Positions 20,048 to 34,950 of a DNA stretch of 64,000 nucleotides are shown one piece after another. The position numbers and the translations under genes are program-made. This DNA is from Candidatus Hermodarchaeota archaeon. Its GTDB lineage: Archaea > Asgardarchaeota > Lokiarchaeia > Sigyniarchaeales > SOKP01. Under the pieces are notes generated by a model. That model was not told the origin of the DNA. It was given only the letters and a program-made list of their open reading frames with translations, and did no database searches. The stretch's first letter is position 1. The number at the start of each line of letters is the position of its first letter. The DNA is taken from assembly GCA_048885925.1 (NCBI GenBank), contig JBHLLG010000002.1:77569-141568 (forward strand), in the 5' to 3' direction.

Positions 20048-20307
20048 ACTTAGCTATCTCCATAAGTAAATTATTAAAAATCAAAAAGAATCTTAAGAAA
20101 TTATATAGTTATATCCCAATATTCCATTATTCTTGAGTAATACTTAAAAGAAAATGGTATATTTTTGAACTATTCACTCTTTCAAATAGGATTTATATAA
20201 AATATAGAAATATAATCCTACTATTTTTTTGAAAATTTTTTTTAAAATCAATGATTTAAGTAATTGATTTTATATAAAAAGTGGTTCATTGAACATTTTC
20301 GAAATAT

Positions 20308-20931
20308 TTATCTTGCAGAGACTGCTATTCTTTCAATTTCATCTTTACGTTTTACTGCTCTCGAATCTTGACTGTTCTTCGAGGCTAATATTAATTCCTG
20401 AGCCAGATTGTCTTCGAATTCTTTCTCATTAGAATGAGACCTAGCGCCAATTGCTTGAACAAGATACTTTATACCTAAGTCAACTCTGCGTTGTGGAGCG
20501 ATATCTACAGCTGAAGCATAACTAATGCCTCCCATCGCGATTTTTGTTGTCTCTTCACGAGGTGCTGAATTAATTATCGCATCGATTAGAACTTGAATGG
20601 GATTTTGATTAGTAATGAGCTCGATTAATGTAAATGCATTTTCTAAACTCTTAGTTAACTTACCTTTTTTCCCAGAATTAGAAGAACTTTTATGACCTTT
20701 AATTTTACTGCCAATAAATCCAGGAGATAATAATCTATTTGTAAATCTTTCTATTATTGATACTTTTGAAGATTTCCAAAATCTTTTATGTTCATGTCTT
20801 CCAGAAGAATAAGGAACTATAATAGGCTTTAAATTAATATAATTCTCAAGGGTTATATCATCTATATTAACATCTGAAAAAGACCACTTATTAAAGAGTT
20901 TGATGTCTTTCTTGGTTTTACTCATATTCAT
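20308..20931 (-). CDS. rps7: 30S ribosomal protein S7
   Basis: KLFNKWS, NPIQVL..AI.NSAPREE, AVDIAPQRRVD, ERIAVSAR. Confidence 0.97.
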   Translation of the reverse strand: MNMSKTKKDIKLFNKWSFSDVNIDDITLENYINLKPIIVPYSSGRHEHKRFWKSSKVSIIERFTNRLLSPGFIGSKIKGHKSSSNSGKKGKLTKSLENAFTLIELITNQNPIQVLIDAIINSAPREETTKIAMGGISYASAVDIAPQRRVDLGIKYLVQAIGARSHSNEKEFEDNLAQELILASKNSQDSRAVKRKDEIERIAVSAR

Positions 20932-20943
20932 TTCCTTCTATTA

Positions 20944-21372
20944 TTATCGTAATGGTTTCTCTTTTTTTCCACTAAGTAATGCATCAAGACTTACTCCATT
21001 AACTTTTACTACTTTATAACGAACTCCGGGAAGGTCACCAACAGATCGTCCTTTTGCTCCTCCAATCCCTTCAACGATAACTCTATCATGCTCTTCTATA
21101 AAATTAAGAGCTCCATCTCCAGGCAAGAATGCCGTGACTCCTTTTCCATTTTTCTTTAATTGAACACGAACACACTTCCGAATAGCAGAGTTAGGTTGCT
21201 TACTCTCTCTACCAACTTTTTGAAGTACAATTCCAAGAGCTTGAGGACTTCCTTCAAGAGGATCAACCTTCTTTTTCAATTGAAGTTTCCTTCTTTTATA
21301 TTTGGTTTTTGACCATCGAAATTTCTTTCGGGTGGTTTGAAGTTTTCGAGCCGCATATAGTCCTTTTGGCAC
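20944..21372 (-). CDS. rps12: 30S ribosomal protein S12
   Basis: [25 protein letters not shown]; GTG start. Confidence 0.98.
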   Translation of the reverse strand: MPKGLYAARKLQTTRKKFRWSKTKYKRRKLQLKKKVDPLEGSPQALGIVLQKVGRESKQPNSAIRKCVRVQLKKNGKGVTAFLPGDGALNFIEEHDRVIVEGIGGAKGRSVGDLPGVRYKVVKVNGVSLDALLSGKKEKPLR

Positions 21373-21469
21373 TTTTATACACCAAAATTAAATTATTTAT
21401 AATGTGAAAAAATACATCTTTAAACTTAAAATTTATGGAAAGAATTTAATTCTATTATATTGTAGTAAT

Positions 21470-22726
21470 TTATTCTACTCGTAGATCAAGACTCTTTATA
21501 GCATTATAACAAATATCTATAACTCCATTTAGGTTTTCAGCGCTACACAATTCAGGAGTATCCTTTTTCGAATGGATATATTTTGAATCTTTATTTGATA
21601 AAAAACAACTTACCTGAAAATCTTTCTTTTCAGCTTTTTTTGTGAAGGCACGAAAAGATAAATGATCACTTCCAGATCCGAATGCCATCTTTGGACTATC
21701 AGAATTGATTTTTTGTTGCATATCTGAGGCTTTTAAAACATCATTTAAATTTTTGTTTAATTTCTTTTTCTTAAGTAATCCAGTCTCATCAATTAAACCT
21801 ATATATGTACCCACCATATCAACGTTAATATTGTATGATTTGTTTAAGTCATAATCGTAATCTATTTCTTCTAAATGTTTAGAACAAAAGTGCTTTGAGC
21901 CCCATATCCCCATTTCTTCTGCCCCACACCATAAAAAGATTACATCTGTTCTTTCAAGAGGATTTTTCTTTACTAATTTAGCTAATTCTAATAAAATTGC
22001 TGTCCCTGAAGCATTATCTATCGACCCAATAGATTCATTTGTTTTTCTATTAAAAAAAGTAATAAAGAGTTCACTCATAATGATAATTCCAACAATAAAG
22101 GATATTGTTCTTATTAATAAGTATACAAACTCGATGGAAATTGCTGTAAATAAAATAACAATTGACCAAATGGAGAGAATAATGTTTATTAGAAAATAAG
22201 AAAGAAGAAGGAAAAGAATTGAAAGAAGTAAAGGTTTCATCATTTTTGTTGGAAAAAGACTTGAAACAGAATCATAATGAGCTGAAAAAATGATAACTGG
22301 CCTCTTAGGATATAAATCTTTTGCTTGTATGGTGGTGTAAAGATTTTTTGATTCTCTTTTCTTACCAATATATAAAATCTTGGATTGATCAAACAGAAAC
22401 TTTCCTCCGGATAACAGAATTACAATGAATAACCCATCAAGAGGAAGGATTATCCATGTAAAGAGAGGATTTAATAATAAAATTTGACAAATGAGAATGA
22501 AGGTAAAAAACCATAAAAATAGTAATTTCCTTAATTTTGTTGTTGTTGTAGTCCATTTAAAAGATTCTATGATGGGTTGAATATTCTGTTTATCTAATTC
22601 TTTGATGATATAATTAATTGCTTTAGTTTCGCCTTCAGTTGCAGCATACCTTTTAAATGCTAACGTTTTCACGTGGTTAATAGCAGCATTTTCATCATAC
22701 AATTTCAAATCAGAAATATATCTCAC
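21470..22726 (-). CDS. M28 family zinc peptidase with transmembrane insertions
   Basis: SAHYDS, GSIDNASG, GAEEMG, SDH, IHSKKD motifs; the start may be ATT at 22717. Confidence 0.88.
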   Translation of the reverse strand: MRYISDLKLYDENAAINHVKTLAFKRYAATEGETKAINYIIKELDKQNIQPIIESFKWTTTTTKLRKLLFLWFFTFILICQILLLNPLFTWIILPLDGLFIVILLSGGKFLFDQSKILYIGKKRESKNLYTTIQAKDLYPKRPVIIFSAHYDSVSSLFPTKMMKPLLLSILFLLLSYFLINIILSIWSIVILFTAISIEFVYLLIRTISFIVGIIIMSELFITFFNRKTNESIGSIDNASGTAILLELAKLVKKNPLERTDVIFLWCGAEEMGIWGSKHFCSKHLEEIDYDYDLNKSYNINVDMVGTYIGLIDETGLLKKKKLNKNLNDVLKASDMQQKINSDSPKMAFGSGSDHLSFRAFTKKAEKKDFQVSCFLSNKDSKYIHSKKDTPELCSAENLNGVIDICYNAIKSLDLRVE

Positions 22727-22784
22727 TTTAATAGTAAATTTTTTTTATAAAATTGATAATTGTTAATAAGGATATCAATGAAAA

Positions 22785-23261
22785 TTAGATATTTTTAGTG
22801 TTGATTATAACGTTGTCTACTTCAAAATATCTTAAAACCAATTCTTTAATCTTTCTTATCATTGAACCATCTTTACCGATAGCTTTTCCTCGATCTTGAG
22901 GACGCACAGTAATAATAACGGTCTTTCTTTGATTTTTACTTTCTTTAATCTCTATATTTTGAACTTTTATTAAATTTTTAGTTGTTTGTAAGATATTTTG
23001 GATAAATTTATTTAAATCTTCAGAAAAAGCTATTACATCGATTTTTTTCTGAAGTTTTGACTTTAAATCTTTAACATGTTCACCAGCTTTTCCAATCGCT
23101 TTTCCAACATCTTCTTCTTTTACTAGAAATATAATGATTTCTGACCCATTCTCAGGAGATTTAAAGATTAAACAGTCTTTTATGATAGCACCAGAAATGT
23201 TGTTAAATAGAGAAATAAGTTCCATTGCTTCCCGATCAATTTTAATATTCTTTTTTAACAT
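22785..23261 (-). CDS. nusA: Archaeal NusA (KH domains)
   Basis: VGKAIGKAG and DRGKAIGKDG KH motifs; follows rpl30e. Confidence 0.95.
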   Translation of the reverse strand: MLKKNIKIDREAMELISLFNNISGAIIKDCLIFKSPENGSEIIIFLVKEEDVGKAIGKAGEHVKDLKSKLQKKIDVIAFSEDLNKFIQNILQTTKNLIKVQNIEIKESKNQRKTVIITVRPQDRGKAIGKDGSMIRKIKELVLRYFEVDNVIINTKNI

Positions 23262-23288
23262 TTAAAAAACTAGCTAATTGTAATTGGG

Positions 23289-23663
23289 TTATTTAGTTTT
23301 TAATTTTATTAAATCAGAATCTCCAAAATCAAAAACTCCTATAACAGAAATCATATAAGGTTTAGCACACGCTAATCCTAAATCCCAGCTTGATCCTTTG
23401 TATTTATAGATAAAGACTTTATCTTTCAAAAGAGAATTATAGTGATTTAATTGATTTATCAATTCTAATGGACAATTTTTGCTTACAATGAGCATTTTAA
23501 AGGGATTTTTTCCTCTTAAATTTTTTAATACTTGGTTTTTGCCATAAATTATTTTACCCGTCTTATAAGCAACTTTGATATTTGTGTCAACATCAAATTC
23601 TTTGACTTTTTTTCTGCTCAGATCAACTTTTTCAATGGTATCTTTACTTGTTCTTTTCCCCAT
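23289..23663 (-). CDS. rpl30e: 50S ribosomal protein L30e
   Basis: KTGKIIYG, SKNCP, GSSWDLGLACAKPY, GDSDL. Confidence 0.95.
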   Translation of the reverse strand: MGKRTSKDTIEKVDLSRKKVKEFDVDTNIKVAYKTGKIIYGKNQVLKNLRGKNPFKMLIVSKNCPLELINQLNHYNSLLKDKVFIYKYKGSSWDLGLACAKPYMISVIGVFDFGDSDLIKLKTK

Positions 23664-23764
23664 AATAAAATCATACGTAATCTATATAATAAGTAATAAG
23701 AATGATACTTTTTTAATATTATTTAGCTAATGTGTGTTTTTTCTTTATAATTAAAAGTTTTCGT

Positions 23765-27921
<4,157 letters not shown>

Positions 27922-27938
27922 TAATCTAAAACCTCCAT

Positions 27939-28069
27939 TCATATATTATAAAAATTGATTAATATCATAAAGTAAAAAGACATAGTCATGAAAAAAGTAT
28001 AACTCATAAACTAAATACCTCCAAAGTGAAAACCTCAACAAAAAAACATGAAGAATAAATGTAATTCAT
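27939..28069 (-). other. Two ATGA-coupled leader ORFs upstream of rpoA1 (28004-28069, 21 aa; 27939-28007, 22 aa)
   Basis: MNYIYSSCFFVEVFTLEVFSL* and MSYTFFMTMSFYFMILINFYNI*. Each is preceded by GAGG/GGAGGT and each stop overlaps the next ATG. Confidence 0.4.
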
Positions 28070-28272
28070 AGGAGAAAACATCCTCTATAATGGTTATAAA
28101 ATGCCATATTTAAAAAATAAGGTAACGAGTCTTCCACTGTACGTTAATAAAGATAACAAATATTAAAAATTTTACTGTTTTGGGCATTTTAAATTTTCGA
28201 ATAGATTTAAATACATAAATTTTCTCTTTTTATTTTAAATATACTTTACCATTAAACACGAGATTAGTAAAA

Positions 28273-29775
28273 ATGAAATCTTATCAAAAAGGTAGAATTA
28301 TAACAATAACTTTTGGAACGATATTGATTTTAGGTTTGATTAGCTTTAATGCAAAAGCACAGGACGGACCACCGGCTCCTGAAGATGCATTTAATGGTCA
28401 TACATTTGATGAAAACTATTGGGATACGGATGTTTTTAACAATTCTATCTGGGATCATCCAGAAGTAAGACCAGAAGTTTCATGGCAAGATAATACTTGG
28501 AATGTGAAATGGATTAAAGAAGGGAATTTTGAAATGGGTATGTTGGCTTTTATTGATAAAGTACATGAAGAAAATGGTGAAACTGTGAAATATACTACTC
28601 CTGCACAGATGTGGTGGCAACATGCGTATTTAAATGGTTCAGAGATATATATTGCTTCAATGCATTGTGCGTGGTTTGGATTTGCAGATAAAAATAATAA
28701 TGATGCTTATGATGATGGAGAAGAAATAACTCCTTTCTTTTATATGGGATCAAATAGTACAGAATTAAGGGATACAGTTAAAATCCATTCAAACCCAAAA
28801 ACAACAGCAACACCTTTACAACGATCTGAGAGTGGATCTATAGTTACTTATACATGGGGTTATAATTACTCTGATATAGTTTTTTTTGTTCCAAAAGTTG
28901 AACATTTTGCGGCATATCCAGGTTCTGGTTTTGAATGGGGTTTTAATTATTCAGATCCAGGCAGTTATATTAATGGTTCTAATGTAATAGGGAATCAGAC
29001 TTATGTATATTATGAATATACATTGGAAGTGGATACTGATTTAGGTATTGCAACATTATATCAAAATTATGAAACAGGGAAATTTGGAGTTTTGATGAAT
29101 GCAACAGCTAAAGGTGGCCCATGGGTAGAAGTTCATCCAGGGGATGATGGATATATGCCAGAGTACTGGGCAATGTGTCTAGGAACTTGGGCTTTTATAT
29201 GGGCGGAACAAGATCCATTGCTGACGGATCTTGAAGTTGGAGAGATTAATGCTACATGCCATAAAACCGGTTTAACTACAGTTGAGACGAAATTAGGAGG
29301 TACTCATGCTTTCGACTTTAAATTCGAACAAAAACCTACTTATAATTTAAAACACTTGAATGGAACCGATTTAGGAGAAAGAGATGCTCTTTATGAATGT
29401 TTAGACGTTAATAATGACTCAGAGTTTATTGATTTTGTTTCTGGTATGCTTCCTTTAGTTGGAGAGTTTGGACGCTTAATTTCCTGCTATGCTATTAATC
29501 AAACAAATCGATTTGTTGGAGGTATCCCATTTGATGATGTATGGGATGATTTCGAACCAAATAAAACAGCTGCTTTCTTTATTACATGTTATCCTGATTA
29601 TGGTGAAGGCCAAGGGGGAGAATTAAAACATGATCCCGTTTTTACTGCCTATTTCGAGGTTGCCGAAGAAAAACCATTAATTCCAGGATTTCAAATAGAG
29701 ATTCTTACAATAGCGTTAACCATTGGAATTATAACAGTTATATTTTTAAGGAAGAAATCAGGGAAAGTGACATAA
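28273..29775 (+). CDS. Secreted/cell-surface protein with C-terminal IPGF + TM + basic tail (Loki-CTERM/PGF-CTERM-like)
   Basis: N-terminal signal peptide (AKA-QD), many NxS/T sequons, DKNNNDAYDDGE Ca-binding-like motif, HDP motif, IPGFQIEILTIALTIGIITVIFLRKK. Confidence 0.8.
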   Translation: MKSYQKGRIITITFGTILILGLISFNAKAQDGPPAPEDAFNGHTFDENYWDTDVFNNSIWDHPEVRPEVSWQDNTWNVKWIKEGNFEMGMLAFIDKVHEENGETVKYTTPAQMWWQHAYLNGSEIYIASMHCAWFGFADKNNNDAYDDGEEITPFFYMGSNSTELRDTVKIHSNPKTTATPLQRSESGSIVTYTWGYNYSDIVFFVPKVEHFAAYPGSGFEWGFNYSDPGSYINGSNVIGNQTYVYYEYTLEVDTDLGIATLYQNYETGKFGVLMNATAKGGPWVEVHPGDDGYMPEYWAMCLGTWAFIWAEQDPLLTDLEVGEINATCHKTGLTTVETKLGGTHAFDFKFEQKPTYNLKHLNGTDLGERDALYECLDVNNDSEFIDFVSGMLPLVGEFGRLISCYAINQTNRFVGGIPFDDVWDDFEPNKTAAFFITCYPDYGEGQGGELKHDPVFTAYFEVAEEKPLIPGFQIEILTIALTIGIITVIFLRKKSGKVT

Positions 29776-29892
29776 AAAATATATAACTGTATAATAAATC
29801 TATTTTATTTTCTTTTTTTTTAACAGAACTGTTGTTTATTTAGATGGATTTTTAAAAGAATTTAATTTATTGCTATATTTAACTAATTAATA

Positions 29893-30501
29893 ATGAAAAT
29901 AATTGAATTTTTTAGAAGTAGAATTATTCTATTTATTATCCAAGTTCTACTTCTAAGCCTTTTAATTTACAGTATAGGCTACAAATATGATATTAGTTTT
30001 GATGTGGAAACTTCAAAAGAACAGAAATTGATAATTCAGTTCTTAGCAGACTATATTTTTTTTGATAATATATTTGGTTTATTTTTTATATATTTATGTT
30101 GGATTATAGTATCATTAATTCCTATTTTTGTTTATTTTGATTTCAAAAAAGCATATTCAATGAACATAATGACTTATTTCTTTATAAACTTCTTTACCTA
30201 CACTTTTTTATATCATTATTCAAACAATTATTTTCATGTTCATTTTCTTTTTCATTTTTTACAAACAATTCTACTTGGGATTACGATTGTTGGACTTTCA
30301 ATTGGACTGTCTTTGATATTAAAAAAACTTACTAAGATTAAAGTAAAGGGTCAAATCGAGGATTTATCCATTTTAGCAAGTAGAGCTAAAATAAAATGTC
30401 CAAAGTGTGGAACAGAATTTGAATCAATCCCAAAATTTTGTTATAAATGCAATTCAGAACTTTTTATAAAACTCGAGGAAAAAAATACAAATGGAAAATA
30501 G
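29893..30501 (+). CDS. Membrane protein with C-terminal zinc ribbon
   Basis: About 4 hydrophobic helices, CPKCG...CYKCN. Confidence 0.75.
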   Translation: MKIIEFFRSRIILFIIQVLLLSLLIYSIGYKYDISFDVETSKEQKLIIQFLADYIFFDNIFGLFFIYLCWIIVSLIPIFVYFDFKKAYSMNIMTYFFINFFTYTFLYHYSNNYFHVHFLFHFLQTILLGITIVGLSIGLSLILKKLTKIKVKGQIEDLSILASRAKIKCPKCGTEFESIPKFCYKCNSELFIKLEEKNTNGK

Positions 30502-31945
30502 TAGAAATTCATTAGAGAAACTATTCAAACCAAAAAATGTTGCCATTTTTCAAGTAAATCAAAGGATTTCTTTTTTTGTTGAAGGATTTATCAGACAAGG
30601 TTTTGATTTAGAAAAATTATATTTAATTTCGACGAAAGAAAAAGAGATCCTAGGTGTAAGATGTTATAATACAATTGAAGATATTCCAGAAGGTACAATT
30701 GATCTACTAATTTTAGCTGTAAGGAGAGAATTGCTTATAGAATCGATAGAATACATTTTGTCAATTAAGAAAGTAAGATTTATTCATATATTTACAGCAG
30801 GAACTGGGGAATTTGATGATTTGGGTATAAAAATTGAACGAGAGTTAAAGAAATTATTAGATAATTATAAATATACAAGAGCAATAGGTCCAAATTGTAT
30901 GGGATTATATAGTCCTCGTGGAAAAGCCGCTTATTACTCCTCTTTTCCTGTAGAGGGTGGAAATATTGGATTAATTTTCCAATCTGGAGATTTGCATTCT
31001 AAAATGATTAAATTTGGATCAAGAAAACATAATCTTAGATTTTCAATTGGAATCAGTATTGGAAATTGCATAGATATTCAGGTTTCAGAAATTTTAGAAT
31101 ATCTTAATGAAGATATTGAAACTGATGTAATTTGTGTTTATTTTGAAGGTATTTCGCTATTGCATAAATATGAAGGTAAAAAATTATTAAATGTTCTAAG
31201 AAATATGAAAAAACCAGTATTATTTATGAGAGGTGGAAAAACCTTAAGAGGTCAAAAAGCTGTTTTAACACATACTGGAGCATTAGCAACTAAAAGTGAT
31301 ATTTGGCAAGCTATTTATAAACAAACAACGATAATTGAAGTTCCACCTTCCTTGGAAGAATTAATAGATTATGCCTATCTTTTTTCTAAATATATTTCTC
31401 GATTTCATACAGTAAACAAAGATATAATCTTCCCTAAAACCAAAAGAGCATTAATAGTTCTATGGTCTGGTGGTTTTGGCATTTTAGCTACAGACACCTT
31501 AACAGAGTTGGGAATTGAATTACCTCTTTTTGAAGGTGAAAAATTAGAAAAATTAAACAAAATCTTTCCAATAAGAGTAGGAACTTTATCAAATCCATTT
31601 GACATTCCTTGGATAACTCATAGGAGAGAGGTTGTTGATATATGTAAATCTGCCATTAATGAAAATATTGACTTAATAATAATCGAAACTGATACTTGGA
31701 GGGATATGGAAAGTGAACGTTTTAAAAGCTATTATAATAATTTGAATGAACTGAGAGATTATATTGAATCATTAAATAAAATATTCATTATTATTTTACA
31801 TCAATATCCTAGCGAATCATTAGAAAAATTTCATCAGAAATTAATTAACGATAATTTTATTGTATATCCTACAATTGAAGTTGCTGCAAAAGCCTTTTTG
31901 AAATTATACGAATTTGGTAGGAAACTAGAAAGACTAAACTCCTAA
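30491..31945 (+). CDS. Acyl-CoA synthetase (NDP-forming) alpha-subunit-like CoA-binding protein
   Basis: LFKPKNVA, IGPNCMG, QSG, SIGN..D, THTGALA phospho-His, SGG, NPFD. Confidence 0.88.
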   Translation: MENSRNSLEKLFKPKNVAIFQVNQRISFFVEGFIRQGFDLEKLYLISTKEKEILGVRCYNTIEDIPEGTIDLLILAVRRELLIESIEYILSIKKVRFIHIFTAGTGEFDDLGIKIERELKKLLDNYKYTRAIGPNCMGLYSPRGKAAYYSSFPVEGGNIGLIFQSGDLHSKMIKFGSRKHNLRFSIGISIGNCIDIQVSEILEYLNEDIETDVICVYFEGISLLHKYEGKKLLNVLRNMKKPVLFMRGGKTLRGQKAVLTHTGALATKSDIWQAIYKQTTIIEVPPSLEELIDYAYLFSKYISRFHTVNKDIIFPKTKRALIVLWSGGFGILATDTLTELGIELPLFEGEKLEKLNKIFPIRVGTLSNPFDIPWITHRREVVDICKSAINENIDLIIIETDTWRDMESERFKSYYNNLNELRDYIESLNKIFIIILHQYPSESLEKFHQKLINDNFIVYPTIEVAAKAFLKLYEFGRKLERLNS

Positions 31946-32032
31946 TAAAATTAAAGAAGATCCAGATTAATTCTCAAATCTAATTAGATAATAATACGAA
32001 ACAATTTATGTCTTATTTAATTTAATTATGCA

Positions 32033-33010
32033 ATGCTAGGAGAACTTATCGCAATATCAGCAGTTCTTACTTTTGTTAGCTCAAATGTCATTTTTCGAAA
32101 AACAGAATATGAAGTTAGTCCAACTTATATCAATTTCTTTCGAACAGGTATAGGTACTTTAACTTTTATTTTATTAATATTGTTTTTTAATCTATTAGAT
32201 ATTGTTTTCATGATACCCTGGGAGTTATGGATATTTTTGATTTTTAGTTTTATTTTTGGACAAGTAATAGGAGATACAGCTTATTTTACAGCTCAAAAAG
32301 AATTAGGAACTACGATAGCTCTTGCTATTTCTATGACCTTTCCTCTATTTACTTTTATTTTATCTCTTATTTTTCTCAATCGGCCATTTAAATTTAATTT
32401 GATTTTGTCTCTCCTTCTAATAGGATTTGGAATAACAATTATAGGGAAATCTAAGACAAAATCTGAGAATTTTGAATATGAAAAAGATTCTGGCTTTACA
32501 AAGTCGATTAAAGTTAGAATTCAAGGTATAGTCAGAGCAGATTTTATTAAAGCTGCATTTTTTTGCCTTATAGCATCTCTTGGATGGGCAATTGGTGCCG
32601 TAATGATTGATTTTGCAACAGTTCAAATAGATCAAATTACTCACACAGAGGAATTAAGTTCTGTTATTGGAAATGCAATAAGATTTCCATTTGCATTATT
32701 AATACTAAGTTCAATGGTTTGGAGAGAAAAAAGAATGAAAAAACGGAATGACAATACTATTAATCAAAAGATATCTCTCCGTACATGGATTTTATTAATA
32801 ACTGCTTCGATTATAGGTACTTCATTAGGTGCTTATTTGTATACTGAGTCTGTACATCTAGCAGGAGCAAACATTGTAGCTTTAATTGCAAGTACAGCCC
32901 CATTATTTGCACTTCCCTTAACTTACTTTATAAATAAAGAAAGAATTACAAAATTAGGATTTGTAGGAGTAATTTTAACTGTGCTTGGAATTATTGTTAT
33001 CTTAATTTAA
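32033..33010 (+). CDS. EamA/DMT family transporter
   Basis: 10 TM helices in two repeats, GDTAYF, PLF..L.....E.IT. Confidence 0.9.
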   Translation: MLGELIAISAVLTFVSSNVIFRKTEYEVSPTYINFFRTGIGTLTFILLILFFNLLDIVFMIPWELWIFLIFSFIFGQVIGDTAYFTAQKELGTTIALAISMTFPLFTFILSLIFLNRPFKFNLILSLLLIGFGITIIGKSKTKSENFEYEKDSGFTKSIKVRIQGIVRADFIKAAFFCLIASLGWAIGAVMIDFATVQIDQITHTEELSSVIGNAIRFPFALLILSSMVWREKRMKKRNDNTINQKISLRTWILLITASIIGTSLGAYLYTESVHLAGANIVALIASTAPLFALPLTYFINKERITKLGFVGVILTVLGIIVILI

Positions 33011-33024
33011 GAAAAAAACTAATT

Positions 33025-34104
33025 CTATTCATAATATTGTTCGAATAATTTCAATTCATCTGAAATTCTTTTTAATTTAGCTAATTCCTCTTCAGTTGGG
33101 GGTTGTTCTTCATAAATGTCATATAACTTCAACTTTAGGTTTCTCCTAACTTGTTTTTCTAATTTGTTTATTTTTTGTTTTGTAGCAAAATACTTTATCA
33201 TCTTAAACTTTAATTTTGTTAAGGAATTCTCCCATTCCCTCGTAAATTCGCCATTTTGAATTTCTTTTAAGATCTGTATCATTTTAGGTCTGAGTGGAAG
33301 TTTCCTAAATCTTATACCTCGACTCATTGCGCCATATTGGCTAGTTTGAGAATGAAAATCCACTTGCTTAATTAAACCAACGTCTGCCATCTTTTTATAA
33401 GTATATGCCATTTCATTACTCATATACATCTCAATGAGAACAGCTTCGGGAGGATATCCCGCATCAACTAAAGTATAAATACTTGATAATAAAACCCTTC
33501 CAAACGCAGGTCCAAACGCTTGTTCATTAAACAAATCTAATTCTGCTTCTTGTTTGAAGGTTAACATTATTGCACCTTTTTTTAATGTACCAATTCCTTT
33601 AGCTAAGGCGAGTAAAATTTCCTTAGCTTGTCCAGAAATGTCTTGTTCAATTGCTATAAAACTAAAAAATCCTTTATTATTAAGAAAATTCTCTCTCACA
33701 CCAACTCCAATCATTCTAGGTGCAAGTAATAAAACGTCTATTTCTTTAGGTGGCTTTAATAGATTAAAGCCAATGTTATACCCACTAGCAAATACAAGCG
33801 TTGATCCCGATTTAAGGTTTGGTTTGATTTTTTCTTCGAAAATTTTGTTCATTATCTCATCTGGAAGTAAAATGAAGATGATATCAGACTCCTGAGTTGC
33901 CTTTTCAATCGAAAATGTTGAAAATTTATCATTTATTGCAATATTTTTAAATTCATCTTCTATATTGCCAATTATTACATTTAACCCAGAATCTCTCAGA
34001 TTAAGGGCTTGTGCTCTTCCTTGATTTCCATAACCAATTATACTAATTGTTTTTTTATATAAAATTGAAAGATCTCCATCTTTTTCAAGAAAAATACTTA
34101 CCAT
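33025..34104 (-). CDS. ilvC: Ketol-acid reductoisomerase
   Basis: IIGYGNQGRAQALNLRDSG, LLPDE, EAELDLFNEQ, SQTSQYG. Confidence 0.93.
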   Translation of the reverse strand: MVSIFLEKDGDLSILYKKTISIIGYGNQGRAQALNLRDSGLNVIIGNIEDEFKNIAINDKFSTFSIEKATQESDIIFILLPDEIMNKIFEEKIKPNLKSGSTLVFASGYNIGFNLLKPPKEIDVLLLAPRMIGVGVRENFLNNKGFFSFIAIEQDISGQAKEILLALAKGIGTLKKGAIMLTFKQEAELDLFNEQAFGPAFGRVLLSSIYTLVDAGYPPEAVLIEMYMSNEMAYTYKKMADVGLIKQVDFHSQTSQYGAMSRGIRFRKLPLRPKMIQILKEIQNGEFTREWENSLTKLKFKMIKYFATKQKINKLEKQVRRNLKLKLYDIYEEQPPTEEELAKLKRISDELKLFEQYYE

Positions 34105-34177
34105 AATTAATATTCCCAGAAGAATATTTTATGTGATAAAAATAGGAGATCTCTTAAAAAATAGTCGATTTAGCGTT

Positions 34178-34786
34178 TTATGGCAATTTGTCGTAATCTA
34201 ATTTGTTTTTATCCAATATTTTAATAACGAGCTCTCTAAAAATTCTTTCGATGTTAATATTATCTTTCGAAGATGTTCGAAGGAAGTTTTGCTCCTGATG
34301 TCTTTCCATAAATCTATTAATAACTAAATCATCAACCCTAGTTTTCTCATCTGCCGTCTTAACAAGATCACTTTTAGCTCCGATAAACATTCTGGGAGTT
34401 GAATCTTGATTATAATCAAAAAGTTTTTCATACCACCAATCTAATCTCAATAGAGTCTGAAGATCAACAAGATTAAAAACCATGAAAATTCCATTTGCAC
34501 CATTAATGTAGTATGGAAATAATTTTTTGAATTGTTCTCTTCCTCCAAAATCCCAGATACTAATCCGAACAAAAGTATTTCCCCCATCAACAATAATAGG
34601 AAGATCTTTTGTATAAAATTCAATTCCTAAAGTTTCCTTTGTATTTACATCAAATGTGTTAAAACACAATCTTTTGGCAATACACGTTTTTCCAACTCTT
34701 TCCTGTCCCAAAATGCATATTTTGAAGATATAAATGGGTTTAACCTTTTGATTCACCTCATTAAGAGGAGTTATTTGGTCGGCCAT
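34178..34786 (-). CDS. Rab-like small GTPase
   Basis: FKICILGQERVGKT, TLGIEF, IWDFGGRE, AKSD, TSSK. Confidence 0.9.
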   Translation of the reverse strand: MADQITPLNEVNQKVKPIYIFKICILGQERVGKTCIAKRLCFNTFDVNTKETLGIEFYTKDLPIIVDGGNTFVRISIWDFGGREQFKKLFPYYINGANGIFMVFNLVDLQTLLRLDWWYEKLFDYNQDSTPRMFIGAKSDLVKTADEKTRVDDLVINRFMERHQEQNFLRTSSKDNINIERIFRELVIKILDKNKLDYDKLP

Positions 34787-34950
34787 GAGTATGATAGGGT
34801 ATTATATAAATATAAAAATCTAAACTTAATAATTAAAAATAAAAGCTCTGATTTATAAGTTTTGAACATATCAAAATAAATCGTTGTTAAATTGGTTATG
34901 TGCAAAAAAGATTTATTTCAAGACTACCGCTCTAAAGTGACTTAAGATTA

